Below, one piece after another: positions 27,048-35,906 of a DNA stretch of 64,000 bases. The number at the start of each line of letters is the position of its first letter. Positions within the stretch are counted from its first letter, which is position 1. Source of the stretch: Acidimicrobiales bacterium (GTDB lineage: Bacteria; Actinomycetota; Acidimicrobiia; Acidimicrobiales; Bin134); contig OZ242356.1 in assembly GCA_965208785.1 (NCBI GenBank), forward strand, positions 3,138,929 through 3,202,928, read 5' to 3'. Both the position numbers and the translations under genes were made by a program. The notes beneath the pieces were generated by a model, which saw only the letters and a list, made by a program, of their open reading frames with translations, was not told the origin of the DNA and searched no databases.

Positions 27048-30000
27048 GTGCTTTGGAGGTCTGCGAACCACCCCGCCCCGCCCCGCCCCACCCCCACCCC
27101 CCCCCCCCCCCTTTTGATCTCGCGCCGGCCGCTCTCGTTGTCTAGGTGGGCGGCGGCCACCATCCTGCCTCTTTCCGTGCTGGCCGCGGGGACCCTGCCC
27201 GCTGCCGCTCAGGCGCTGGATGAAGACCCTTCGCAACAACAGGGCCAGCAGGAGTTCAAGCTAACCGATTTGGGCGGCGACGGGCTGCTGCCCGATTCAC
27301 CGGCGCCGGATGAGTCGGCGGACCCCGATCTCGGCCTCGGTTCGGCTGAAGCCGAGGTTGTGTATCCGAATCTGGGCTCGTCGCTCAGCGCGCTGGCGGT
27401 GGCAAGCGCCGCTCCAGCTATGGGCGATGCGGCTATGGACGGGGCGATCACTGGGCCGCTGCTGCCCGAGGGCGCCAACTCCACGCTGACCAGCGAGCCG
27501 GTGCTGCTGACGATCCAGCTGGACGCCAACCGCCAAGAGGTGCTGGAGTTCCTCGACGACAACGGCGTGACGCCGGCGAACGTGGTGGGCGACTATCTCG
27601 AGGCGTATGTGCCGCCGACGCTGCTCGGCTCGCTCGCGCAGCAAACCGGGGTGTCTCGCGTGCGCGAGTTGCCGCAGCCCTTCGATGATCGGGGCACGCT
27701 CACGGCCTCCTCGGCCCTCGCCGCACACGGCGCGGCGACTTGGCACCTCAACGACTACACCGGCGACGGCGTGAAGGTGGGAGTCATCGACACGCCCACC
27801 ACGGCCACCGGCAAGGACGGCTTCACCGGTCTGAGCCATCTGCTCGGCACTGATCTGCCCTCAACGGTGGTCGGCCGCTGCTACACCGATGTAGGCAACC
27901 CCACGAGCAAGCTGGCGAACTGCGACGCCGCGGGCGGCGACACGCATGGCACCCGAGTCGCCGCATCGCTCATGGACATCGCCCCCGACGCCGAGCTGTA
28001 CGTCGCGAATCCCCGCTCATGGGCCGACCTGCACAGCAGCGTCGTGTGGATGCACGGCCAGGGGGTGAAGATCATCGTCCAGTCGGTGAGCTGGTCGCAT
28101 CACGGTGCCGCCGACGGCACGTCGCCGATCTCTCCGAGCCCCCTCAACACAGCCAAATGGGCCTCCGACAACGGCATCACCTGGGTCAACTCGGCCGGGA
28201 ACTACGGGAAAAGGTCGTGGTATGGCTCATACGCCGATTCCGACGGCGACGGCTATCACGAATGGTCCGGATCGGGGAGCACCGCTGATGAGGCGCAGAT
28301 GTTCCAGTTGTCGGCATCCGCCTCTGTCTACGTCAGCATGCGCTGGGACGACACGTGGGGCGGTTCGACCAGGGATCTCGACTTGGAGATCAGGTACTCG
28401 GCCACCGAAGACGGCGCCCAGACCGTGGTCGAGGGCAGCGCCGATGTTCAAAACGGCGGTTCGAACGATTACCCGCTGGAGAGGATGTACCTGCCGGTGG
28501 ACAGGGCCGGCTACTACTGGGTGTACGCCAAGAAGAAGTCGGCCAGCGCGGCCCCGTCGTGGGTGCAGTTCCAAGTCTTCGGCGCCGTCAGCGAGATCGA
28601 CCACTACTCGCAGCGCGGCACTGTCACGAGCCCTGGCGACAGCTCGAGCTCCGGGGTTCTGGCCGTCGGTGCCGCAGATAATCAGACGAGCTGGCTCGAT
28701 CCCACCTTCTACGTCAAGGCGTACAGCGGTCGCGGGCCGACACCGGACGGACGCACGAAGCCCGACGTAGTCGCCAAAGACTGCGAGCCGGTCACGAGCA
28801 CGAGCGGGGCATTCTGCGGGACGAGCCAGTCGGCACCGTTCGTCGCGGGCCTCGCCGCGCTGGTGCGCGAGCGCTACCCCGCCTACACCGCCCAGCAGGT
28901 GGCCACCTATCTCAGGACCAACGCAGCCGACCACGGTGCCCCGGGCACCGACAATGAATTCGGCTACGGCTTCGCCATGTTGCCCTCCGACGGGCTGACC
29001 ACCATAGACGACACCTGCTCGACAACGCCGCTGGCGGGCAGCGGCACCGTCCAAGGAACCTGGGACGCCTACTGCCTTAAGGAGGGCGAAGACTTGTTTT
29101 CTGCGCGCTACTACAGCTTTGCCGTGGATCAGCAACGCAGCGTCACCATCGAGTTGAGCACCACCGCGGATGCCTACCCCAGCTTGCAGCTAACGCGGGG
29201 CGGCAACAACAGGACGAGTTCACGCTTGTCATCCTCGGAGAGGGGTTGGGCCACTGGCGGCAAGGGCGGGACTGCCCGGCTAGAGCTCGACCTGCCCGCC
29301 GGCGACTACACGATTGAGGCGGGGACGCAACACCCATTCGAACGCGGCCCGTTTTCGTTGAAGGTGCAGGGAGTGCCGACGCTGGTGAAGTCGGGATCGG
29401 AGATCAGCATCGCATCCGGCAGCGACGTGACCGAGGGCAGCGACATCACCTTCACCGTGACAGCAAACCCCCCGCCGTCGGCGCCGCTGACGGTGTGGGT
29501 GGACGTGGACCAGCAGGGCAGCTTCGTGGCGACAACAGGCCTTCGGCCGGTGACGGTGGCGACATCGGGCACCGGCACGCTGACGGTGTCCACCGTCGAC
29601 GACAGCGTCGACGAAGCTGACGGCACGGTGACCGCGACGGTGGACGCCAGCCCGCGCTATTCCGTGTCGTCTGCGACAGGAGCAGCATCGGTGACGGTGG
29701 CCGACAACGACTCAGTGTTGGCGGTGCCGGTGCAGGGCGACGATTGCATGTGGACGCTCACCGGCGAAGGCGCCTTCGAGGCGAAGTGGACTGACGCCTG
29801 CAAGTCGACGGCCCAAGCCCGTTACGACACGAACGGTTACGAGACCCGCTACTACACCTTCACGCTGGACAACGAGTCCACGGTGACCATCGACCTCGAA
29901 GCGAAGTACATCGACAACCAGCTCTTCCTGAGAAGCGGCAAGGGCCAAAAGGACGGGTCCTGGCTCGCTCGCTCCATCGAGGCGAACAGATGGCAGCCTC

Positions 30001-32717
30001 CTTGGTCGGGCGGCTTGTGGACGGCAGGGCCCTTCCGAAGGAGCCAGATCGTCCGGACCCTGGCCCCCGGCGACTACACGATTGAGGCAGCCACATCCGA
30101 TTGGGAGGATCCGGGCCCATTCACCTTGGCGTTCTCTCGTGACGACTCAGGCTGTTCCAGAGAAGTCGAGGCTGAACTGAAGTACCGCGACAATTACAAC
30201 CCGGGCATTGTCGGCTGGTGGTCGACGGCGTCTTCGGAATGCACGTCGAAAGTGTCGAGGCGCGGCTATGCCCGCTGGTATGTGCTGACCCTGGCGGAAA
30301 CGTCGCAGGTGACGCTGGACTTGCGTGCTAGCTGGCGGGGAGTGGACACGTACATGTATCTGCGCCGGGGCGACGATGTCCGCTCGGGAACGGCGCTGCA
30401 CTCCGACGACGACGGCGGCGAGGGCCGCAACTCCCGGATCAGCGCCCAGCTGGATGCAGGCGTCTACACCATCGAAGCCACCACCTACCGCACCGAGAAG
30501 GAGGGAACGTTTGATCTGAAGGTCGACGTTGTCGCGGTACAAGCGGCAAACCCGGTGGTGAGCATCGCTGCGGGCAGCGGCGTCACCGAGGGCACCGCGG
30601 CCGAGTTCACCGTGACCGCGAGCCCCGCTCCCGCCGCCGACCTCGACATCAGCGTCACGGTCGCCCAGAGCGGCGACTACGGTGCCACTACCGGCTCGCG
30701 GACGGTGACGATTCCGACAACGGGCAGCGCCACACTGTCGGTGTCCACCATCGGCGACACCACAGACGAGCCCGACGGCTCAGTCACCACCACCCTGGTC
30801 GACGGCTCGGACTACGACCTCGGCACCTCCAAGACGGCGACCGTGGCTGTCTCCGACGACGATCCGCCGCCAGCCGGGTACACCGTCGATCCCCAAGTGG
30901 TGGCCAAGGTACAGACGCTGGCCGCGCAGACCCACCACGGCACCGCGCACGTCAACCGCTGGAATCGCGTGCTGGTCGCGTTCGGCGAGCACGACGGCAC
31001 CGGCGTCACCGGCGGGGCGATGACCGCGGCGCAGGCCCAGCAGATGGCCGACGCCTATAGCAGCCCGGTGTGGGACGAGGTCGTCGCCGAGCTCACCGCC
31101 CTCGAAGCCGCGCCCGCGACCCCACCGCCGCCACCGAAACCTGAGGTGTCCATCACCTCCAACGGCGACGTCGCCGAGGGCTCTGCCGCCGCGTTCACCC
31201 TGACGGCATCGCCAGCGCCGGCGGCTGATCTCGACGTGAGCGTAAGGCTCAGCGCCAGCGGAGACTACGGCGCCCTCACCGTCACGCGGATAGTGGCGAT
31301 CCCCACTTCGGGCAGCGCGACGTTGTCGGTGGCCACCATCGGCGATGACGTCGACGAGGCCGACGGATCGGTCACCGCCACACTCAACACCAGCAGCGAC
31401 TACACCGTGTCTAACACCGCGGGCGCTGCAACTGTTGTTGTGGCCGACGATGACGACCCCCCGCCGATTGGCTACACCGTCGATCCCCAGGTGGTGTCGA
31501 GGGTGCGGGCGCTGGCGGCGCAGACCCATCACGGCACCCTGCATGTGAACCGCTGGCGGCGGGTGCTGGTGGCGTTCGGCGAGGACGACGGCACCGGCGT
31601 CACCGGCGGGGCGATGACCGCGGCGCAGGCCCAGCAGATGGCCGACCGCCACAGCAGCCCGGTGTGGGACCAGGTGGTGGCCGAGCTCACCGCCCTCGAA
31701 GCCGCGCCAGCAACGCCACCTCCTCCACCTCCGCCGCCACCGCCGCCGCCACCACCTCCGCCGCCGCCTCCTCCACCTCCGCCGCCGCCTCCTCCACCTC
31801 CGCCGCCGCCACCTCCTCCACCGCCGCCGCCACCTCCACCGCCGAAACCCGAGGTGTCCATCACCGCCGCAGGCGACGTCACCGAGGGAACCGCCGCCGA
31901 GTTCACCCTGACCGCATTGCCGGCACCGACGGCTGATCTCAACGTGAGCGTCACAGTCACCGCCGTGGGCGACTACGGCGCCGCCACCGGCAGCCAGACG
32001 GTGACGATCCCCACCTCGGGCAGCGCCACCCTCACAATCGCCACCACCGACGACAACACCGACGAAACCGACGGCACAGTCACCGCCACCCTCAACACCG
32101 GCAGCGACTACACCGTGTCAACCACCGCCGGAAACGCAACCATTGCCGTGGCCGATGACGACGACCCCCCGCCGCCGCCACCGCCGCCACCGCCGCCGCC
32201 ACCGCCGCCGCCACCGCCGCCGCCACCGCCGTTGGTCAGCGTGACCGCTGGTGCCGGTGTGACCGAGGGGGCCGGGGCGGTGTTCACCGTCACCGCCAGC
32301 CCCGCGCCGGCCGCGGCTTTGCCGGTGACGGTGACGGTCACCGCCGCCGGCGATTTCGGCGTGTCAACCGGGTCGCGGACGGTGACGGTGCCGACGTCGG
32401 GAAACACCACGTTCACAGTCGCCACCACCGGCGACTCCACCGACGAGCCCGACGGCTCGGTCACCGCCACTGTGAACGCCGCCAGCGGCTACACCGTGTC
32501 GCCCACCCAGGCCACAGCCACGGTGGCCGTGGCCGATGACGATGACGATTCCAGCAATTCGGGTTCGCCCACCGAGAACGGCGACGTCACGATGCGCCAA
32601 CTCATGGAAGCGTTCAACGAGGGCCATTGGTTCGCCTATGAGGACGGGCCGGGCTGCACGTCTTTGGGCCCGGGCATAGCGACAGGCCGAATCGTCTACA
32701 AATGCCCCGACAACTGA
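27048..32717 (+). CDS. Giant secreted subtilisin-like (S8) serine protease with PPC-like and Calx-beta-like repeats and polyproline linkers
   Basis: Signal peptide RWAAATILPLSVLAAGTLPAAAQA. Catalytic D (VGVIDT), H (DTHGTRVA) and S (GTSQSAPFVAG). Three PPC-like modules (YYxF...GDYTIEA), five Calx-beta-like modules (VTEG...FTVTA...DDxxDExDG) and two copies of an unknown ~85-aa module. Start uncertain (27048, 27114 or 27138). Confidence 0.85.
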   Translation: MLWRSANHPAPPRPTPTPPPPLLISRRPLSLSRWAAATILPLSVLAAGTLPAAAQALDEDPSQQQGQQEFKLTDLGGDGLLPDSPAPDESADPDLGLGSAEAEVVYPNLGSSLSALAVASAAPAMGDAAMDGAITGPLLPEGANSTLTSEPVLLTIQLDANRQEVLEFLDDNGVTPANVVGDYLEAYVPPTLLGSLAQQTGVSRVRELPQPFDDRGTLTASSALAAHGAATWHLNDYTGDGVKVGVIDTPTTATGKDGFTGLSHLLGTDLPSTVVGRCYTDVGNPTSKLANCDAAGGDTHGTRVAASLMDIAPDAELYVANPRSWADLHSSVVWMHGQGVKIIVQSVSWSHHGAADGTSPISPSPLNTAKWASDNGITWVNSAGNYGKRSWYGSYADSDGDGYHEWSGSGSTADEAQMFQLSASASVYVSMRWDDTWGGSTRDLDLEIRYSATEDGAQTVVEGSADVQNGGSNDYPLERMYLPVDRAGYYWVYAKKKSASAAPSWVQFQVFGAVSEIDHYSQRGTVTSPGDSSSSGVLAVGAADNQTSWLDPTFYVKAYSGRGPTPDGRTKPDVVAKDCEPVTSTSGAFCGTSQSAPFVAGLAALVRERYPAYTAQQVATYLRTNAADHGAPGTDNEFGYGFAMLPSDGLTTIDDTCSTTPLAGSGTVQGTWDAYCLKEGEDLFSARYYSFAVDQQRSVTIELSTTADAYPSLQLTRGGNNRTSSRLSSSERGWATGGKGGTARLELDLPAGDYTIEAGTQHPFERGPFSLKVQGVPTLVKSGSEISIASGSDVTEGSDITFTVTANPPPSAPLTVWVDVDQQGSFVATTGLRPVTVATSGTGTLTVSTVDDSVDEADGTVTATVDASPRYSVSSATGAASVTVADNDSVLAVPVQGDDCMWTLTGEGAFEAKWTDACKSTAQARYDTNGYETRYYTFTLDNESTVTIDLEAKYIDNQLFLRSGKGQKDGSWLARSIEANRWQPPWSGGLWTAGPFRRSQIVRTLAPGDYTIEAATSDWEDPGPFTLAFSRDDSGCSREVEAELKYRDNYNPGIVGWWSTASSECTSKVSRRGYARWYVLTLAETSQVTLDLRASWRGVDTYMYLRRGDDVRSGTALHSDDDGGEGRNSRISAQLDAGVYTIEATTYRTEKEGTFDLKVDVVAVQAANPVVSIAAGSGVTEGTAAEFTVTASPAPAADLDISVTVAQSGDYGATTGSRTVTIPTTGSATLSVSTIGDTTDEPDGSVTTTLVDGSDYDLGTSKTATVAVSDDDPPPAGYTVDPQVVAKVQTLAAQTHHGTAHVNRWNRVLVAFGEHDGTGVTGGAMTAAQAQQMADAYSSPVWDEVVAELTALEAAPATPPPPPKPEVSITSNGDVAEGSAAAFTLTASPAPAADLDVSVRLSASGDYGALTVTRIVAIPTSGSATLSVATIGDDVDEADGSVTATLNTSSDYTVSNTAGAATVVVADDDDPPPIGYTVDPQVVSRVRALAAQTHHGTLHVNRWRRVLVAFGEDDGTGVTGGAMTAAQAQQMADRHSSPVWDQVVAELTALEAAPATPPPPPPPPPPPPPPPPPPPPPPPPPPPPPPPPPPPPPPPPPPPKPEVSITAAGDVTEGTAAEFTLTALPAPTADLNVSVTVTAVGDYGAATGSQTVTIPTSGSATLTIATTDDNTDETDGTVTATLNTGSDYTVSTTAGNATIAVADDDDPPPPPPPPPPPPPPPPPPPPPPLVSVTAGAGVTEGAGAVFTVTASPAPAAALPVTVTVTAAGDFGVSTGSRTVTVPTSGNTTFTVATTGDSTDEPDGSVTATVNAASGYTVSPTQATATVAVADDDDDSSNSGSPTENGDVTMRQLMEAFNEGHWFAYEDGPGCTSLGPGIATGRIVYKCPDN
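27097..27111 (+). repeat. Homopolymeric C15 tract at the 5' end of the S8 protease gene
   Basis: Counted directly: C at 27097-27111, followed by TTTT. In frame it encodes PPPP if the GTG at 27048 is the start. It lies immediately upstream of the alternative TTG start at 27114. Confidence 0.9.
31716..31844 (+). repeat. 129-nt CCN repeat encoding 43 consecutive prolines
   Basis: Codon count taken from the frame of the 27048 ORF. The DNA is built of reiterated CCTCCTCCACCTCCGCCGCCG-type units. Confidence 0.9.
32166..32231 (+). repeat. 66-nt CCN repeat encoding 22 consecutive prolines
   Basis: Direct codon count (CCGCCGCCGCCA units). Confidence 0.9.
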
Positions 32718-32805
32718 CGACAACCCCCCGGCGCCGCCAACTACAACGCCAAAGGCACCGTAACCTTCACCGACTAACAGCCGACGGGGTGCCCGTGCCC
32801 AGCCA

Positions 32806-32920
32806 CCGCTGGTCGGAAATGGCCTCTTACGACATCAAAACGGCCAACTCGTGGTTGTCACCCCACCCCTGCTTGCCGACTGGCTCCGCCGCCGCTTCCC
32901 CGTGTGAACCCCACGCGATG
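32806..32920 (+). pseudogene. 3' remnant of a paralog of the orphan ATPase gene 23169-24302
   Basis: Encodes VGNGLLRHQNGQLVVVTPPLLADWLRRRFPV*, versus VGNGLLRHQEGQLAVVDPLLADWLRRRFPL* at 24207-24302. The downstream CACGCGATG is also shared. Confidence 0.7.
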
Positions 32921-32947
32921 CCTGCTAATCCCAGCGTAGCCATGTAG

Positions 32948-34405
32948 CTACTCAGGATAGAGGTCGTCCATAGCCCAGCAGATGACCTCGCGAGCGGGGT
33001 CGGCGACCTCGTGGAATGAGGGGGCGTAGCCGGCGGCGGAGACGAACCAGAAGGGCGACTCCGGGGCTAAAGCCTCTTGGGCCCAGCCGAGGCCGCTGTC
33101 GGCTAGGCGCTCTAGGGCGGTTATGTGGTCTAGGTAGGTTTTTGCGTCGGCGGGACGGGTGCGGAACTTGACCGAGCCGGTGACTATCTCGTCGTCGAGG
33201 GTGCGGCCGATCAGGTCGATTTCCACCTCGCGGCGAGATCGGTCGCGCCCCGACCATCTGCCCCACTCAGCTACTGCGGGCAGACTCTGGGCAGGCCCCC
33301 AGCGCCGACAGGCCTGGCGGGCCACGTCTTCGAAAACGTGCTGGCCGGCATAGGAGGGAAACACTTCTGGCTCAATACGGACCCGCCATGCAGCCTCGGG
33401 GCCGAGGACGGCCACCGCCGATTCTGCGGGCAACCCGATGCCGTAGTGGAACCGGGCCGCGGGGTCGGCCAGCCGGTAGCGGATCCCCCGCTGGGGAGAG
33501 GCCCCAAAGTTGACCTCCCGCACCAGATACGACATGTCTTCGAGCTGGTCGACCACTCGCTTCAACGCGGTGTCAGCGCGCTGGCCCATTTTGGCGGCGA
33601 TCTCACCAACGGTGCGAGAACCCAGACCGATGCTGGCCAGCACCGCCCGATAGCGGGCCGTGTTGCGCAATCCCTCCTCTTGGTCGATCTCGGTCGCCAA
33701 TCGAGACCGGACCACACCGTGGGGCGAAAGAAGGAAATCGGCAATGTTCTCCCCTACCGGGCTGGTGTCGTCGACCACAGCAAGATTGGCCGGCAGACCG
33801 CCGAACGCCGCATAGGCGCGAACCCGGTCGCGGGGTTCATACCGGGGGACCATTTGGCCCGCGTTGTAGTAGTCGAATGGCTCTAAGGGGACAACGGCAT
33901 CGAGTCGGCCGTAGAGGGGCGACCCGCCGGCAGCCAAGGCCTCAAGGGTGCGTACCGCCGACCCAGCCAGCACCACGAGTAAGCCCGCCGAACGATGCAA
34001 ACCCGACTCCCACACCGCGTTCAGTTCCGAAGCGACCTCGCGCAACCCCTTTTCGTCATCGGCGAGATACTGGAACTCGTCCAACACGATGACGGTCGGC
34101 TGACTAGGACGAAGGCTGGACAGAGTTCTAAACACCGTGCGCCAAGTCGGGTGATCCTCAGGGCGGATCTCTTCTCCTGACCAGCGGGCCGCTTCTTCAA
34201 GCAGCGTCTGGCGGTTGAGCATCGGAGTGGTGGACGAGGCCGAATAGTGGAGCACTTGCTCAGGTGGCCAGAGATTGGCCAGAAGATAAGTCTTGCCCAC
34301 CCGGCGACGGCCGCGCACCAATGCGAGAGCGGGTGTGCCGCGCTCTAGAAGAGTTCGCAGCGTCGCTGCCTCTGCCTCTCGGTTGACGATCGCCATCGGC
34401 TCCAT
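32948..34405 (-). CDS. Arch-type AAA ATPase with DUF234-like C-terminal domain
   Basis: Walker A GRRRVGKTYLL and Walker B VIVLDEFQY. 485 aa. Confidence 0.7.
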   Translation of the reverse strand: MEPMAIVNREAEAATLRTLLERGTPALALVRGRRRVGKTYLLANLWPPEQVLHYSASSTTPMLNRQTLLEEAARWSGEEIRPEDHPTWRTVFRTLSSLRPSQPTVIVLDEFQYLADDEKGLREVASELNAVWESGLHRSAGLLVVLAGSAVRTLEALAAGGSPLYGRLDAVVPLEPFDYYNAGQMVPRYEPRDRVRAYAAFGGLPANLAVVDDTSPVGENIADFLLSPHGVVRSRLATEIDQEEGLRNTARYRAVLASIGLGSRTVGEIAAKMGQRADTALKRVVDQLEDMSYLVREVNFGASPQRGIRYRLADPAARFHYGIGLPAESAVAVLGPEAAWRVRIEPEVFPSYAGQHVFEDVARQACRRWGPAQSLPAVAEWGRWSGRDRSRREVEIDLIGRTLDDEIVTGSVKFRTRPADAKTYLDHITALERLADSGLGWAQEALAPESPFWFVSAAGYAPSFHEVADPAREVICWAMDDLYPE

Positions 34406-34432
34406 GCCATGACTGTATCTTTTATTATTATA

Positions 34433-34460
34433 TTAGTCAACTAATATGTTAGTTTACTAA
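34433..34460. promoter_or_regulatory. Two TTAGT-NN-ACTAA palindromes in a very AT-rich promoter patch
   Basis: TTAGTcaACTAA (34433-34444) and TTAGTttACTAA (34449-34460), 28-55 nt upstream of the ATPase start at 34405. The second overlaps the stop of the trmH-like gene. Confidence 0.5.
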
Positions 34461-35179
34461 TACATTTGGTGATTGCGGCGTTGGCGGGCGATTTCGAAGC
34501 AGAGGACGGCGGCGGCGGAGGCGACGTTGAGGGATTCGACGGAGGCGGCCATGGGGATGGACACCCAGCGGTCGATGCCCGCGGCTTGATCGGGCTGATC
34601 GAGGCCGTGGGCCTCGTTGCCCACCACCAGGGTGAGGGGGCCAGTGAGATCGGCCTCGTCGCAGGGGTCGCCCTGGTGGGGATGGGCGCCGATGCGCTCC
34701 CCCACTGGTGCTTTCACGGTCAGCGGGACCCGAAACAGCGCGCCGGCCGACGCCCGAACGGTCTTGGGATTCCAGGGATCCACTGATCCGGGGCTGAACA
34801 CCACCGCCTGGACCCCGGCAGCCACCGCGCTGCGCACGATGGTTCCCGCGTTGCCGGGATCGGCCACCCCGGCCAGCTCAACGATGAGGTCGCCGCCAGC
34901 CAAGGGACCCAGATCGGGAATGCGGGCGGTGGCCATGACTCCCTGGGGCGCGACCACCGAACCCACCTTGGCCAGCACACCGTCGCCCACCGTCCAGACT
35001 GGGGCGTCCACTGACACTCCCAGGTCGGCCCACAGGTCGATCACCGGCTCCACGAACACGTCCACGATCTCCAAATCGGCGGCCAGCGCCTCGATCAGCA
35101 ACCGCGGGCCGTCGATGACGAACTTGCCGGCCTCGGTGCGCTCTCGGCGGCGGTTCACCAGGCGGCGCAGCTCAGCCAC
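34457..35179 (-). CDS. TrmH/SpoU-family RNA 2'-O-methyltransferase
   Basis: SpoU motifs (GNAGTIVRSA, LVVGNEAHGL, IPMAASVESLNVASAAAV). Conserved position after rplT. Confidence 0.8.
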   Translation of the reverse strand: MAELRRLVNRRRERTEAGKFVIDGPRLLIEALAADLEIVDVFVEPVIDLWADLGVSVDAPVWTVGDGVLAKVGSVVAPQGVMATARIPDLGPLAGGDLIVELAGVADPGNAGTIVRSAVAAGVQAVVFSPGSVDPWNPKTVRASAGALFRVPLTVKAPVGERIGAHPHQGDPCDEADLTGPLTLVVGNEAHGLDQPDQAAGIDRWVSIPMAASVESLNVASAAAVLCFEIARQRRNHQMY

Positions 35180-35220
35180 CCGGCGATTTCGGGCACTGAG
35201 AGGTGTGTTCGGGGGCAGTG

Positions 35221-35670
35221 CTACCCCACCGAGGCGGGCTCTTCTTCGACTGCGCCCTCGAGTTCATCTACGGCCTCAGCCTCTGCGGGCAGTTCGGCCT
35301 TAGGAGTTTGCCCCGCCTCGGACGCAGCCTTGGCCACCTCGACCAGCGCAGTGAAAGCCGCCGGATCATTCACGGCCATATCGGCCAGGATCTTGCGGTC
35401 CACCTCGACTTCGGCCAGCTTCAGGCCGTTGATGAACCGGCTGTAGTTGGTGCCGTTCTGGCGGCAGGCGGCGTTGATGCGCTGGATCCACAGGCGGCGG
35501 AACTCGCCCTTGCGGGCCCGGCGATCCCGGAAGGCGTACTGGCCGCTGTGCATAAGCTGCTCGTTGGCGCCCCGGAACGTGCGGCTCTTGTTGCCGTAAT
35601 ACCCCTTGGCCCGCTTCAGCACCGCCCGGCGGCGCTTGCGGGCGGTGACGGCGCGCTTGACTCTGGCCAT
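35221..35670 (-). CDS. rplT: 50S ribosomal protein L20
   Basis: [26 protein letters not shown]...[11 protein letters not shown]. Confidence 0.95.
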   Translation of the reverse strand: MARVKRAVTARKRRRAVLKRAKGYYGNKSRTFRGANEQLMHSGQYAFRDRRARKGEFRRLWIQRINAACRQNGTNYSRFINGLKLAEVEVDRKILADMAVNDPAAFTALVEVAKAASEAGQTPKAELPAEAEAVDELEGAVEEEPASVG

Positions 35671-35710
35671 CGTGTGATCCTCCTTGGACTCGTGCTCGTG
35701 CTATCAGGAC

Positions 35711-35905
35711 CTACAGGCCCAGCTGGCGCTTGACCGCCGGGGCGTCGGCGGCCGACACCTCGGCCGGACCGCGCAGCTGGCGCTTGCGCTTGGGGGCCTT
35801 CTTCTCGAGGATGTGGTTCTTGTAGGCGCTGCGGCGGCGGATCTTGCCGGTGCCAGTGGTCTTGAACCGCTTGGCCGCGCCTCGGTGGGTTTTCATCTTG
35901 GGCAT
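35711..35905 (-). CDS. rpmI: 50S ribosomal protein L35
   Basis: Internal start [25 protein letters not shown], 64 aa. Confidence 0.95.
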   Translation of the reverse strand: MPKMKTHRGAAKRFKTTGTGKIRRRSAYKNHILEKKAPKRKRQLRGPAEVSAADAPAVKRQLGL

Positions 35906-35906
35906 G

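Noticed and set aside
31529-32470. Poly-Gly and poly-Ala/Ser ORFs and regular short repeats that could superficially suggest a CRISPR-like or repeat-protein locus.
   Set aside because: They are antisense or out-of-frame readings of the CCN polyproline tracts inside the S8 protease gene. There is no repeat-spacer organisation.
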